Assembly (NCBI GenBank): GCA_964016885.1
Contig: OZ024748.1
Location: 11,594,001 to 11,658,000 of the forward strand
Direction of reading: 5' to 3'
Source of the DNA: Eledone cirrhosa
Taxonomy: Eukaryota
DNA length: 64,000 nt
In this document: positions 39,600 to 54,387 of the stretch, piece by piece
How positions within the stretch are numbered: the first letter of the stretch is position 1
How the letters are laid out: every line of letters begins with the position of its first letter
Notes under the pieces: model-generated
What the model saw: the letters and a program-made list of their open reading frames with translations, nothing else
The model's database searches: none
Told to the model about the DNA's origin: nothing
Program-made: the position numbers and the translations under genes

Positions 39600-40059
39600 T
39601 ACTAGGCGCTGCAGTCGGGATTCCCTATCTATATATACATATATACATATATATATTAAAATATGTTTCATGATGACGAATTTGAGGTGTGTTTTGCTAC
39701 TATTTCTAGCAGATTGAATGACCCCATAGAAATCCGCTTCTTGTTCTTAGTAAGGAGTGGTGTTCGTAAAATGGTATGGTTGGGGATAGTAGGGGGTGGT
39801 GTGCAACCGTGAAATGGCATGGTGGCGGGAGGGAAAGGTGGTCTGGTACAAAGTAAACCTGATTGCAGTGAAGAGTGTAAAATCACATGGTTGATTCACA
39901 GGTCATGAAGGGAGTAGAAAGAGAAGATCGATCGATCGATAACTTCTTCCCTGGAAGTGATTTGCTGTGTAGACTAATTAGTACTGAATATATGTTGGGG
40001 CTTAGTGTTATTGTATACGCACCAGTGGTGATTGATTTGATAGATTGATATATATATAT

Positions 40060-40289
40060 AAAGAAAAAAAGATGAAATCGAAAATGCAACTAGAGTCTTG
40101 TGAGAAAAACCACAGACCCTCCATCTCAACTCTACTTTTGAAAAGCAGAAGAACTGCGAAACCGGTAAAGGAACCAAATAATTATATATATTTTTTTTTA
40201 AATAAGACTCCAGTTGCATTTTCGATTTCATCTTTTTTTTCTTTATACTTTCACTCGTGTTATTTTTCATTTTGTAAAAAAAACCTTAC

Positions 40290-40295
<6 letters not shown>
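40060..40295 (+). mobile_element. PLE-type element with a 5' inversion and a U3-A8 variant hammerhead (40135-40170)
   Basis: cuu UUGAAAA gcag aagaa cugc GAAA ccgg UA aag. 40060-40099 is the inverse of 40204-40245. Confidence 0.75.
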
Positions 40296-40380
<85 letters not shown>

Positions 40381-40384
<4 letters not shown>

Positions 40385-40612
40385 AAAAGAGTGAGGACCC
40401 CGCCGACTGCTGAGCTCCGGCCGTTTCGACAGCTAGATCCGAACTAAAACCAGTAAACTACTGGTTTTAGTTCGGATCTAGCTGTCGAAACGGCCGGAGC
40501 TCAGCGGTCGGCGGGGTCCTCACTCTTTTCCTATTACCCACTCCACTACCCTAAGTATCGAGTACTCTGGTGCGTTATGGTCCACCTGGTTCCTTACCAC
40601 ACTTCTTTCGTT
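40381..40612 (+). mobile_element. PLE family X fold-back copy (~75-bp arms)
   Basis: Centre ccagtaaactactgg at ~40456. An adjacent remnant lies at 40640-40706. Confidence 0.88.
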
Positions 40613-40752
40613 ATATTTATATATATATATATATATATTACAAAGAGTCGAGACCTGACGGCTGAGCTCTTGCCGTTTCAACAGCTAGTACCAGACTCTT
40701 TGTAATATAGCTATAATCTACTACCACAAGTATCTAGTACTGTGTTTGTATC

Positions 40753-40849
<97 letters not shown>

Positions 40850-41916
40850 AGAGAGAGAGAGAGATACATACATATATACATACATACATACAAATGTAAT
40901 GCTCACAGACAATGGATATATATATAGGAGAAAGATGTAAATTGTAAATATTTGTAAGGTAACCGAAAGAAACGGTGCTTCCAAACAAAGTCCCTTCTGA
41001 TATTTGTTCTGCCAAAATTACACAAAATAGGTTAGTGTGGTGCCTAAAAGAACCATATATTTAATAAAATATTTGACATAAAGATTAAAGGCAATATAGT
41101 ACAATAACATGAAGCACTTGAAAATGTTGGGCCCATATTAAATGCTACTCTTGTTACTAGGTTAAATCGATACGGTCCACTCTCTAACTGTCAGAAATCC
41201 AATGGTATTTGCGTATGGAAAACCTGGAAGCTGTTAAACAAACGAATCTATCTATCTTTACTGTTCACCAACTGCGATACAGAATACATAGAAATATAGA
41301 AATAAATATATAAGATGCGTAAATAGGATAAATAAAATAAAATAAAATAAAATAAAATAAAATAAAATAAAATAAAATAAAATAAAATAAAATAAATAAA
41401 TAAATATAATAAATAAATAAACAATAAAATACAATAAATATAATAAATAAATAAACAATAAAATACAATAAATTAATAAATAAATAAATAAAAGCCTGTT
41501 ATTTCTATATGAAGTTAGATTGCTATAAGAAACAAGGTGTTGCCAATTTTGAAAATATTGGATTTTACGTAAATTGAGTTGTATCGATTGATTCACACGT
41601 TAAAGCTTCGATCTGTCAAAGAGAATGTCAAAATGTGTGAAACATTCCAGAAGTTTAGCTTTTATCCCATCTTAATTGTTATCCAACAGAATATGCTTTG
41701 TCACTCAACTCACTTAGCACCAGAACGTTCTCTTGTAAAAGTAAATGGAAATGTATACTTAAAAACGGCAATAGTTATATAGTTATATGTCTGCATATAT
41801 CCATATACGTACTTACATATAAACATACATATACGTATACGTATATGTATACATACGTACGTACATACATATAGCGATACATACATTCATATATATTGAC
41901 AGACAGACGTGCATAC

Positions 41917-41985
<69 letters not shown>

Positions 41986-42205
41986 GAGACTGACAGACAG
42001 ACGTGCATACATACATATATACATACATATATACATACATAAAACTTTACGAAGAATCTCCATTTGATTCCACTGTAAAGCTAAAATGCACAGCCATTCC
42101 ATAAGTGGATATAGAACTACATACAGAGAAGTATATATGTATGTGAGCAAGTGGGTGTATATACATACATATATATACACATATATATATATATACATTA
42201 TATAC

Positions 42206-42272
<67 letters not shown>

Positions 42273-42455
42273 ATGACTGCTGTACCGTAACTTTGGTTTT
42301 ACTCTGGAATGGAGTATTAATCAGACAGATTTTATTTTAGTGGAGGCTTTCTATCTAATGGCGACTCCATTTTGGTGTTCTTTATCTCTATATATGTACA
42401 CACACACACACACATATATATATACATATGTGTGTGTGTGTATATATATATGTAT

Positions 42456-42507
<52 letters not shown>

Positions 42508-42508
42508 G

Positions 42509-42565
<57 letters not shown>

Positions 42566-43341
42566 CATTTTACCGCAGTCGTTTGTCTTACCCAGAATAC
42601 TTAAATGTTTTATATTCGTTTTGCTTCAAGGCAAATAAAAAAATACTGCGCCTGAATTAGAAACAATCATTATTTTTATTAGTAGTTGTAGTAGCATTAT
42701 TATTATTAATATTATTATTATCATTATTGTTATGGCAGTTAGAAATGGCGATATCGTAATTGAAACTGGATACGCATGCACAGCTACTAGTGTTGCGGCG
42801 AGGAATTGCTTTTCGGTCTCTTAATCGCAACATTAATAAAATTACTGAAGTGTAAAGCAGAAGACTATGAATGTAGGAAACACTTGTAAAACGATGGCTA
42901 CAAAAATAAATAATTGGCTCGCAATCCAAACGGACGTTCCAATAGCCATCTTGAAACTAAATCTTTTCTTTTTTCACATACTTAAGTTCCGGTCGAAATC
43001 AAAATGGCCGCTCAGTTGCCAGCGATGCTAATCAACGTCTGATCGTCTGATTAAACTTTAACATCAGGAAAAGAGAAAAGGAAAAGAGAAAAGAGTATAA
43101 AAAGGTGAGGCGGGTAAGAGACGGGGGAGTGGTGGTTGGGGGGGGGCAAGAGACAGAAAGGGAAGAGGGGAAACAAGAGAGAAAGAGAGGAAGTTAGAGA
43201 GAAAGGGATGAAGCAACAGAGAAAGAGAGGAAGTAAGAGACAAAGAGTGGAAGTAAGAGGGAAAGGGAGAAAGCAAGAGAGAGGAAGTAACAGAGAGAGA
43301 GAGAGAGAGGGAGAGAGAGGGAGAGAGAGAGAGAGAGAGGG

Positions 43342-43375
<34 letters not shown>

Positions 43376-43519
43376 GAGAATGCAATAGAGAAAGGGAGGG
43401 AGCCTAAGAGAGAGAGGGGGGGGAGATTACAGAACGTATGGTAAAGGGACAGAAAGCTAGAGAAAGAGAGTTTCAAACACAGAAAGATATGTGTGTATTT
43501 ATGTATGTATATATGTATG

Positions 43520-44070
43520 TTTTTAGTCCTGCAGGATGTCCAAAGTCACCCTCCTCACCAAGAAACCTTGGTGGGGTTGCCAGTTTAGTCGCCAACGACC
43601 CGACAAAACCTGTCAAAGGGCAAAGGAGCTCTTAAGAGTCAATGGCCATCCAAAATCACCGGGAGAGATGACCCCTTAGCCTTTGTCAAGGCAGAATTCT
43701 AGGAGAAGGAAAACTCTGATATAACACCTGCAACCCTGATGGTATCCAATGATGTTGACTTGTTCTTCTTTTTGGTAAATATCATCTTGGTTAAGAGAGT
43801 GGGACTGGCTTTGTGCAGTGCCTTTGCTCACTATAAAAGCTTCACGGCACAGGCATTGCTTTATATCTGGAGATCTCTCTGCACTTGTCGTCACATGGTA
43901 CCAAGGGCCCAGCACTATGTGTCAATAATTGTCGCAAGTGTAGTGATTGTACCAGAGTTTTCAAGTCGCTGGCTGGACTAAGAAGTCACACTCGTTCAGC
44001 GCATCGGTAGGGATTCTCCTACATGGATATAAAGTAGTGGCCGTACTCGAAAACGAGTTGGCAGCCACCA
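43520..44070 (+). mobile_element. (TATG)n element copy with 5' inversion
   Basis: 43520-43603 is the reverse complement of ~31640-31723. The rest is colinear with 31724-32190. Confidence 0.9.
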
Positions 44071-44072
44071 TG

Positions 44073-44103
<31 letters not shown>

Positions 44104-44194
44104 ATGTGTGTTTGTGTGTATGTATGTATGTGTGTGTGTATGTATGTATGTGTGTGTGTGTATGTATGCATTGCATGTATGTATAAATAGATAT

Positions 44195-44606
44195 GTTTCT
44201 TTTATTTGCCACTAGGGCATCAAAAGTGGGACAAGTACAAAGGGGGGAGTTTACACAAAAAGGCGTCCTCAATAAGGAGGAGGCAATAACAAAATATAAA
44301 AATAAAATAAGATATAACAAAAAATAAAATTGATAACAAAATCCTCAATAGAGAGGAGGCGCCTTGGGGGGTCGCACACACCCCCGAAAAAAGTGTGCAA
44401 CCCTTCTCCTCATGAGCACAGAGAAGGGGTGCTCCCTTGGTCTTTCATCTTCCTCACCTATAGTCTGATGTAGAGTGAAGGCCCATTCACACAGGCCATT
44501 CTCGCCACTTTCACCCATCTTTCATAGAAACGGCTGGGGTGCAGCACCTCTCTCTCCATCCTGATCCTTCTTCCGAAATGATATCGGAAGAAACGGACCA
44601 GTTGAG
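44195..44606 (-). mobile_element. 3' fragment of a related L1/Tx1 subfamily
   Basis: Homologous to 6017-6403 (ORF2 C-terminus and 3' UTR). Confidence 0.88.
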
Positions 44607-44696
44607 GTAGATAAATATATACATTGATTCATACATGTATTGTAACTGAGAATTACGTTAAGGATACCTAGTTGTCTGAAGAATACTCAGCCACTT

Positions 44697-44792
44697 CTTC
44701 AACGTCGATCTTCTTCTTCGTCATCGTCTTCTTCTTCTTCTTCTTTTTCTTCTTCTTTTTCTTCTTCTTCTTCTTCTTCTTCTTCTTCTTCT

Positions 44793-44824
<32 letters not shown>

Positions 44825-44843
44825 GTCTTCTTCTTCTTCTTCT

Positions 44844-44875
<32 letters not shown>

Positions 44876-45293
44876 GTCGTCTTCTTCTTCTTCTTCTTCT
44901 TCTTCTTCTTCTTCTTCTTCTTCTTCTTCTTCTTCTTCTTCTTCTTCTTCTTTACCCACTTATTCCTGAGAGGGTTGTGGGGGAAGAGTCCTCAAACATT
45001 CCTTCCAGTTGGTCCTGTCGGAAGCAATCGTCTCCGACTGATCAGACTGGATCCACAAGCGACACCAGCCAAGCTCATGAATCTTATTCAACCCCCTAGC
45101 TCGGGATCTACACCTGGGTCTCCGTTGCCCGTAAAAATCTGTCCTGCGATTCTTTCCTGAGACATTCCAATCACATGTCTGTAGTATCGGAGCTGTGATC
45201 TCTCAATTCGGAAAATTAGCGACTCTACTTGGAGTGACTCTCTGATCTCCGAGCTACGCACTCTATTGAGTAACGTTACTCCAAAGTCCCTCT
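44697..45293 (-). mobile_element. RTE-clade LINE 3' fragment with a (GAA)n tail, inserted into a SINE tail
   Basis: Reverse complement translates IERSQLRYYRHV..., then RRPRCRSRAR...ASDRTNWKECLRTLPPQPSQE*. SINE halves at 44647-44697 and 45295-45390. Confidence 0.8.
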
Positions 45294-45574
45294 AATGTTA
45301 ATTTCATGAACAGATAGGCTGGCTATTCCTTTCCACCTTTCTGTCGATAAAACAACTGGAACACTCATCGTCGAAACCAACCGGCAGAGGTCCATTCCAT
45401 TGTATTTATTGTAAGTGGACTATAATTGGAATGAGGAAAACGTGGGAGGTAATCTAAGTCGCTGCATATCTCTATAACATCTTTACAGATACTTGTGTCT
45501 CTGATTAAACATTTAAGATTCTACAATAGACAGCTCAAGGAGATAGAATCTTAATAGTTTTCTTATAATCATAC

Positions 45575-45730
45575 ATGGCAGCATATTGGCAGGGAACGTC
45601 GGATAGAATGCCTTGCGGTATTTGTTTCAGCTCTCTGATCTCTGAGTTCAAATCCCACCGAGGTCAACTTTGACTTTCATTCATTTAAGATCGATAAAAA
45701 AAAGTACCAGTCTAGTACTGAGGTCGATTC
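45575..45730 (+). mobile_element. MetaSINE-like SINE
   Basis: tctgagttcaaatcccaccgaggtcaactttgactttcat core. Confidence 0.8.
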
Positions 45731-46352
45731 TTCCTCTATATCTCTTTCTCACTTCTATTCTCTTTCACTCTCTATCCTTCTCTGGAAGAAACCTGTTCCT
45801 GCTGTGTTCAGACCTGGAGAGGAGATGGGCTCCGAAGGCTTAAAATGCCCAAGAAAAGTCGTATATCAATACGGTGCCCCTACGAATCTATCAAGAGTTA
45901 CAGGACTATACCATACCAGGCTTTAAAAAATGACCTAGATAACCGTATGTGAATATGGCGCCCCTAAAACTCCCTCGGGAATTACAGAACCATGCATATT
46001 CTTATAATCTTATAAACTAATATTCTGCTATTCTGCTATTAATGGTATTCGCTTTGCTGTGGTATGGATTAGTTTTAAATATGAATACAAAAATAACGTT
46101 TAACGTTAATTATGTCAATAAATCAACAGAAAATGTTGTTTTTCTTATCCTACTTTAAACCATTTAACCAGTTTACTGTACTTGTGCCAAAACAGTTGTT
46201 GGCATATTTAGCAACATGTATGTATGTATGTATGTATGTATGTATGTATGTATGTATGTATGTATGTATGTATGTATGTATGTATGTTTATATATATATG
46301 TTTATATATGTTTATATGTTTATATATGTTTATATATATATATATATATGTG

Positions 46353-46416
<64 letters not shown>

Positions 46417-46625
46417 TTAATGTATATATGTATATATATATATGTTTTTATATATATATTATGTATGTATGCGTGTGCATATGTGTGTGTGAAAGAGTGT
46501 GTGTTTAAAATACCGTAGTATTTAAAAAACATTCAATCATTATCTGAATGAGCACTCAATACTGTGTAGAAATTTATTTTCTAAATAGAAAAACTGGCAG
46601 CGATTTCGAAGTTATATATATATAT

Positions 46626-46809
46626 AGGAGAAAGTATGACCCCGACGGCAGAGCTCAAGCCGTTTCGACGGCTATTTCTGGACTAAAGTCGAAACGGCTT
46701 GAGCTCTGCCGTCGGGGTCATACTTTCTCCTATTACCCACTCTATTACCCTAAGTATTGAGTACTCTGGTGCGTTATGGTCCATCTGGTTCCTTACCACA
46801 ACTCCTCCG

Positions 46810-46811
<2 letters not shown>
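46626..46811 (+). mobile_element. PLE family X fold-back copy
   Basis: Arms around 46668-46688. Confidence 0.85.
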
Positions 46812-46842
<31 letters not shown>

Positions 46843-46843
46843 C

Positions 46844-46897
<54 letters not shown>

Positions 46898-46999
46898 AAA
46901 TATTAAATATAGAAATGGCTTCTACAGGACTAGAACTGTTTCATTCAGGAAAGCCTGATGGTTTTCTTCGAATCAAACAGTTCTAGTCATGTAGAAGCC

Positions 47000-47060
<61 letters not shown>

Positions 47061-47334
47061 TGGATGGGTGTGAGTGTATATGTGTAAAACGTCATAAAAT
47101 CGCTGCTGCGAACAAAAAAACTTATGAAATATGTAATGCAGATCGATATAATCGACTAAAGCCATAGAAGGCAGTGCTCCAGCATGGCATGATCAAACAT
47201 GGCAGTGCTCCAGCATGGCACCCCCCCCCCAAAAAAAAATGAAAACATTTCATGAATAAAAGAATGTGCGTGAATATGTATATGTATGTGCGTATATATA
47301 TGTATGGGTGTGTATTTATAATTGTATGTATGTG

Positions 47335-47895
47335 TATGAGTATATGCATGTATGTGTGGGAGTATATGTATGTATGTGTGGGAGTATATGTATGTATGTG
47401 TGGGAGTATATGTATGTATGGGGGTATATATATGTGTGTGTCAGAGTATATGTATGTATGTGTAGGAGTATATGTATGTGTGGGAGTATATGTATGTAGG
47501 TGTGGGAGTATATGTATGTATGTGTGGGAGTATATGTATGTGTGGGAGTATATGTATGTGTGGGAGTATATGCATGTATGTGTGGGAGTATATGTATGGG
47601 TGTGTGGGAGTATATGTATGTATGTGTGGGAGTATATGTATGTATGTGTGGGTGTATATATATGTGTGTGTCAGAGTATATGTATGTATGTGTAGGAGTA
47701 TATGTATGTGTGGGAGTATATGTATGTAGGTGTGGGAGTATATGTATGTATGTGTGGGAGTATATGTATGTATGTGTGGGAGTATATGTATGTGTGGGAG
47801 TATATGTATGTATGTGTCAGAGTATATGTATGTATGTGTGGGAGTATATGTATGTGTGGGAGTATATGTATGTATGTGTCAGAGTATATGTATGA
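47335..47895. repeat. 18-22-bp minisatellite (gggagtatatgtatgtatgtgt)
   Basis: About 25 units. Confidence 0.92.
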
Positions 47896-47959
47896 GAATA
47901 TATATTTATAACAGGCGATTTGTTTCATTTATACTGCGGATGATATGCATATGTCTGTG

Positions 47960-47992
<33 letters not shown>

Positions 47993-48091
47993 CTGTGTGT
48001 GTGTCTGTGTGTCTGTGTGTGTGTGTATTTATAGTGTATTGAATTATAATTATATATCAATAAACTTCACCGAATTATCGTGTGAGTATAA

Positions 48092-48144
<53 letters not shown>

Positions 48145-48190
48145 GCTGAGACCGGGGGGACCACTAGTCATGTGAGTACTCCATCTGGAT

Positions 48191-48221
<31 letters not shown>

Positions 48222-48277
48222 GGCTCTGATACCATCAACACTATACACACAGAGCTGGCATATCTAAGAACTGACTA

Positions 48278-48333
48278 ACTGCCTGATGAGGTCATAGCCA
48301 TTCAATGGCTATCATCGAAATATATATAGCAGT
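48278..48333 (+). ncRNA. Intact type-I hammerhead in a PLE 3' end (48221-48378)
   Basis: acugc CUGAUGA ggu c auagcca uucaa uggcuau c auc GAAA uauaua UA gcagu, followed by AATAAA. Confidence 0.85.
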
Positions 48334-48378
48334 AAATAAAGGATTATGAGTTCATGCAATTGACTTATGTTTCGTCGC

Positions 48379-48426
<48 letters not shown>

Positions 48427-48759
48427 AGTTAAGAAAAACGCTGATGTTTCGTTTACATATATTTCGTTTTTTATTCTGTATCGACCTGTGTATATATATA
48501 TATATATATATTGTATTTCATATTTCGTAATGCGAAATATATAGCCATAAATACCAACAAAATCAACAGTTAATCTAGTTTTGCTGGAGTCACTATACGA
48601 CCTGGTCAACAATTGATTGACACTCTTTTCATTCTCTTTTCCTTTGGCAATGATTTCCTTAGATTCTGCTTATTTATAATATATCATATATAATATATTA
48701 TATAATATATCATGTATTATAAATGATATATGTATATTATATATAATATCGACAGTCGA

Positions 48760-49480
48760 TCGACTTTCGTGAAATCGCAACTCTAGGTAGAAGGAGCAAC
48801 GTAAAATAAAGTGTCTTGTTCAGGGACTTAACGCAACGCCTAGTCCGGGAATCGAACTCACAACCTCACGATTGCGAATCTAAATCTCTAACCACTCAGC
48901 CACACGCCTTCACATGTATAATTTATAATATATAATATATTATATATAATTGTTTCTACTTTTGGCACAAGGCCAGCAATTACCCAGTACATTACTGGTA
49001 CTTTATTTTATCGACCCCGTAAGGATGAAAGGCAAAGTTAACCTCGGCGGGATTTGAACTCAGACCGTAAAGGGACGTAACTATGCTGAAAAGCATGGCG
49101 TCCGACTCTCTACTGATACTGCCAATCCACCGCCCTTATATAATATACTATATATTGTAATATATAATAATAATTCCGTCAATAAATCCTATATAATGGT
49201 TTCTACAATTTTACGGGAGAGCAAGGTCGATTAAATCGACCCCAGTGCGTTACTGGTACTTTATTTTATCGACCCCGTATGAATGAGCGGCGAAACTAAC
49301 CTCAGTGGGATTTGAACTCAAAGCTTTCTACGTCCTGAATTCAAATCAAACCGAAGTCATCTTTGCCTTCCATCGTTACGTGGTCGATGATAAATTAAAA
49401 TACCAGTTAAATACTGGAGTCGATATAATCAACTGTCCACACTCTCCACCATATCTGGCCTCATGCCAAATATATAAACA
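48760..49480. mobile_element. SINE cluster: CORE-like (48760-48912, minus) and MetaSINE-like (48948-49135 minus, 49195-49320 minus, 49330-49480 plus)
   Basis: Family cores as described above. Confidence 0.8.
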
Positions 49481-49675
49481 ATAAATCCTATATAATAACA
49501 TTGAAATAGAATCAGATATACAAAGTGTTCTTTAAGTCTGGGCGGAGATGTGGAGTTAATGCATCGATTTCACATCAATATCACAAAGGGCATCGAACTT
49601 TACATCACAAATGTTGGCAATCACGTTGAAGATGTTATTTACTAATACCTCGATTAAACAAATTGTGGATGAGTA

Positions 49676-49760
<85 letters not shown>

Positions 49761-49763
<3 letters not shown>

Positions 49764-50017
49764 GAAGTTATATTTAATTTGTTGGAATTCAAGAAGCTTA
49801 AAAGTGTTATAACTGATATAAAGCACTCAACAGATTACTGGAGTGCAGCGAACCTTCAACCGTCAAGGTTGTTTTTCTACGGGTATGTCAACATTTATAA
49901 AACATATTTTGTATTTTATCTGATGAAAGCGCACCAAAATTGCCTTGGTTGCCCTTAAAATATATATAATAAAATAATTATGGTTTTATAAATATAGTTT
50001 CCATTTATTAATATATC

Positions 50018-50020
<3 letters not shown>
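49761..50020 (+). mobile_element. PLE 3' end with a hammerhead (GAAA mutated to AAAA) at ~49914-49974
   Basis: uuuuau CUGAUGA..accaa/uuggu..AAAA uauaua UA auaaaa. The sister fragment at 30241-30303 retains GAAA. Confidence 0.65.
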
Positions 50021-50064
<44 letters not shown>

Positions 50065-50069
<5 letters not shown>

Positions 50070-50395
50070 ATACTTGGCGAGGGTCATATTGTTGTAATAA
50101 TATTGCCAGAAATAATAACAGAACAAACTCAGTGTTTGGTTGGTTTTCGCTTCTGCATCTTTTATATCTCCACAGTTAATTCATTTGGTCCTCAATGTTT
50201 ATCATTGACTGACCAACGGTAAAAAATACAGATATAAACACATATATATATAGTCTAACAAAGTTCTTTCGTTGCACATCTGTTATTATTTCTGGCAATA
50301 TTATTACAACAATATGACCCTCCCCAAGTATAACAATATTTGTTTCGACACACGATTTCATATCAAAACCCTCGCAAAACAAATTCATCGCCCTC

Positions 50396-50397
<2 letters not shown>
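50065..50397. mobile_element. PLE family Y copy with 5' inversion
   Basis: 50065-50122 is the inverse of 50279-50336. Confidence 0.85.
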
Positions 50398-50470
<73 letters not shown>

Positions 50471-50529
50471 CAAGGCTCTGATACCATCAATACTATACAC
50501 ACAGAGCTGGCATATCTAAGAACTGACTA

Positions 50530-50585
50530 ACTGCCTGATGAGGTCATAGCCATTCAATGGTTATCGTCGAAATATATATAGCAGT
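50530..50585 (+). ncRNA. Type-I hammerhead in a PLE 3' end (50466-50624)
   Basis: acugc CUGAUGA..auagcca/ugguuau..GAAA uauaua UA gcagu. Confidence 0.82.
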
Positions 50586-50620
50586 AAATAAAGGATTTCA
50601 TGCAATTGACTTATGTTTCG

Positions 50621-50705
<85 letters not shown>

Positions 50706-50799
50706 ATGTAAATTTTGTTTTTATCTATATACCTATTTACTTCTCTCACACAGGGGAAATAAAATAAAGAGTTAATGATATGTATATATATATATATAT

Positions 50800-51113
50800 A
50801 AAAGAGAAAACACAAGTAAGCATTAAGAGAAGGATTTATATCCAGGTATTTACGACCGTTTCATTGGTAAGTGCAACCTTATATTGCTATACTGCAAATA
50901 GCAATATAAGGTTGCACTTACCAATGAAACGGTGGTAAATACCTGGATAAAATCCTTCTCTTAATGCTTACCTGTGTTTTCTCTTTTATACTTTATACAC
51001 CAAGATTGAACGGAATTCTTACAAACTTGTGGAGTTACCCCTAACCGTACGTTGAAACCTGGCTTTCTTAACCACGAACTGGATCACAAATAGCAATTTT
51101 CTGCTTCCCTAAC
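50800..51113 (+). mobile_element. PLE-type fold-back element (~90-bp arms) retaining the 3' half of a hammerhead
   Basis: Centre ~50893. The left arm, read as reverse complement, gives GAAA cgg UC guaaauac. Confidence 0.75.
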
Positions 51114-51168
51114 TATATATATATAGGAAAATGTGTGATAGATAGATAGATAGATAGAGAGGTACATG

Positions 51169-51199
<31 letters not shown>

Positions 51200-51761
51200 T
51201 TGTGTGAGTACATAAACATACGTATACATTCACATATATATATGCATATACATATACATATATATATGTGTGTGTGCGTGTATGCGTGCAGATGAGTATG
51301 TATGCATAAACAATCATTGCGCTGTGTATATAATGCATTTTTATATACAACCATTGTGTGTCTAGCTAATAAGTACGAAGTCATTGTGTCGATAGCCGGC
51401 AGCGATCGTGTAAATAAATAGACATTGTATACAGTCCCGCCGTGCAATAAGTAATAATCAATGCCAGTATACAACTGTTTAATGTTGGTGGTTGTAAGGC
51501 TGTGTTAAATCAATATCGGATGAATAGTGTCTCTGTCGTTTTATCTGGTGACTTTTAAATGATTCCCTCCTACTTTGTCAATGTTCCTGTTGGTATGTAG
51601 ATATTTGTCATTGTTGTTGATGTTGTTGTTTTGTTTTTCAGTTGTAGTCGTTTCTAGTGAATACAGTAGAGTTGAGTCATTAGATAAGATTCTAACTAGC
51701 CATTTTCTGCATTTCGATTTTTCTTTCTTTTTTTTGGGGGGGGGGGGGGGGTTTACATTGT

Positions 51762-51970
51762 TAATCGCTGATCACTAATCTCTGATCGTTAATTCCTGAT
51801 CGCTGATTCTTGATCCGTGATCGCCTGGTCTCTGATCGCCTGATCCTTGATCGCTGATCACTTAATCGTTGATCTCTGGGCGCTGATTCTTGGTCACTGA
51901 TTCCTGGCGCTGATTTCGGATCACCTGATCCCTGATCGCTGATCCTTGATCCCTGATTGCCTGATTCCCA
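51762..51970. repeat. Degenerate 7-mer array (CTGATCN)
   Basis: About 28 units. Confidence 0.85.
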
Positions 51971-52119
51971 AATCCAACTATTTCATTTTCATTACATTTC
52001 AGGTCGGCGATTTTGGCAAGAGTTGTTAAAGTGACGTAAAGAATTATTGTTGTTATTTGTTTCGAATCTCTCGGTACTCTCTAAGTTTCAAAATTAGCCG
52101 AGATTATTCCTCTCGACTC

Positions 52120-52392
52120 TCATGAACCCAAACCCTACCCACCGACTGTCTCACACCCATCATCTCCGCCAGCCACTTTTTTCTCCAACATTCCCCATCG
52201 TATTTCTCCCTCCGATCGATCATTGTCCCCCTTCCCTTCGTGATTTCAACGATAAAACACACTGAAGTTAGCATCTATGTACAACCTATATTCTCTGACG
52301 AAACGAAAGTCGAAACATCTGGTCATGTTGCATGAAGGCAATAAACTGAATACATACACATACTCTGCTTGCAACACTGAATTTTCTCATTA
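52120..52392 (+). mobile_element. Degenerate PLE 3' end with a hammerhead core at 52295-52324
   Basis: Pyrimidine-rich tract, CUGACGA aac gaaa guc GAAA c..g UC, then AATAAA. Confidence 0.5.
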
Positions 52393-52624
52393 TATTATTG
52401 TGGATTATAACTACATTCCCCCGACCGGAGTGTCTCTCCCCATCCCTCAGCCCTCACCCCTCCATCCCCCTCTCTCTCTCTCTCTTCCTGTCCCCCCTTT
52501 CTTGTCTCCACCCGCATATTTTCTACATTATATATATATATATATGCAAATATATATATAAATTTGTGTCTGTCTATATAAGTATAAACACACACTCATA
52601 TGTATATATATATATATATATGCA

Positions 52625-52655
<31 letters not shown>

Positions 52656-52799
52656 GAGGGGGGGGGGAGAATGTTCAGGCGTAAAAAAAAATGAAATAAG
52701 ATAAAATATAAAATAAATAAGTTTAAAAAATAGTTTGGCAAAAGTTGAAAAGAATAATTATACCGATTTGGGGGGTATTTATAACTGGCGGGAATATAA

Positions 52800-53710
<911 letters not shown>

Positions 53711-54003
53711 TATTATTTTTGTCTGAAGTATAATAGAGATAAACTAGCATTGTGGATATATATATAAAGTCCACAAAGGGAAACACTTCAATGGGCTTGG
53801 AGAAGAGAAAATAGTAATTCACTTGAGAGGAATAGAAAGAAGGAAGGTGAAGGAAGGAAGAAAGGGAGGAAGGAAGGTTGAAGGAAGGAAAAGATAGATG
53901 AAAGACAGAAGGAAGGAAGTGATTGATAAAAGATAGAGATGAACATGAGGAAAAGTAAAACAAAACTGAAGGAAAGCACACAGGGCTTGAATCATTGTGT
54001 GTG

Positions 54004-54154
<151 letters not shown>

Positions 54155-54387
54155 ATAAGTATGTATATATGTATGGAGGTATGTGTATATGTATATATGT
54201 ATGAATGTATGTATATATATATATATGTATGAATGTATGTGTGTATGTATGTAAGTATGTATGTGTGTATGCAAGTATATATATATATTTTTATATGTAA
54301 GTATGTATATATGTATGTATGTTTATATGTATGTATATGTGTATTTAGGTTTGTTTATATGTATTTATATATGTATGCATATATGTA

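Noticed and set aside
51980-52010. Splice-acceptor-like tttcattacatttcag as exon 2 of the membrane-protein gene
   Set aside because: It is followed by a degenerate SINE head rather than coding sequence.
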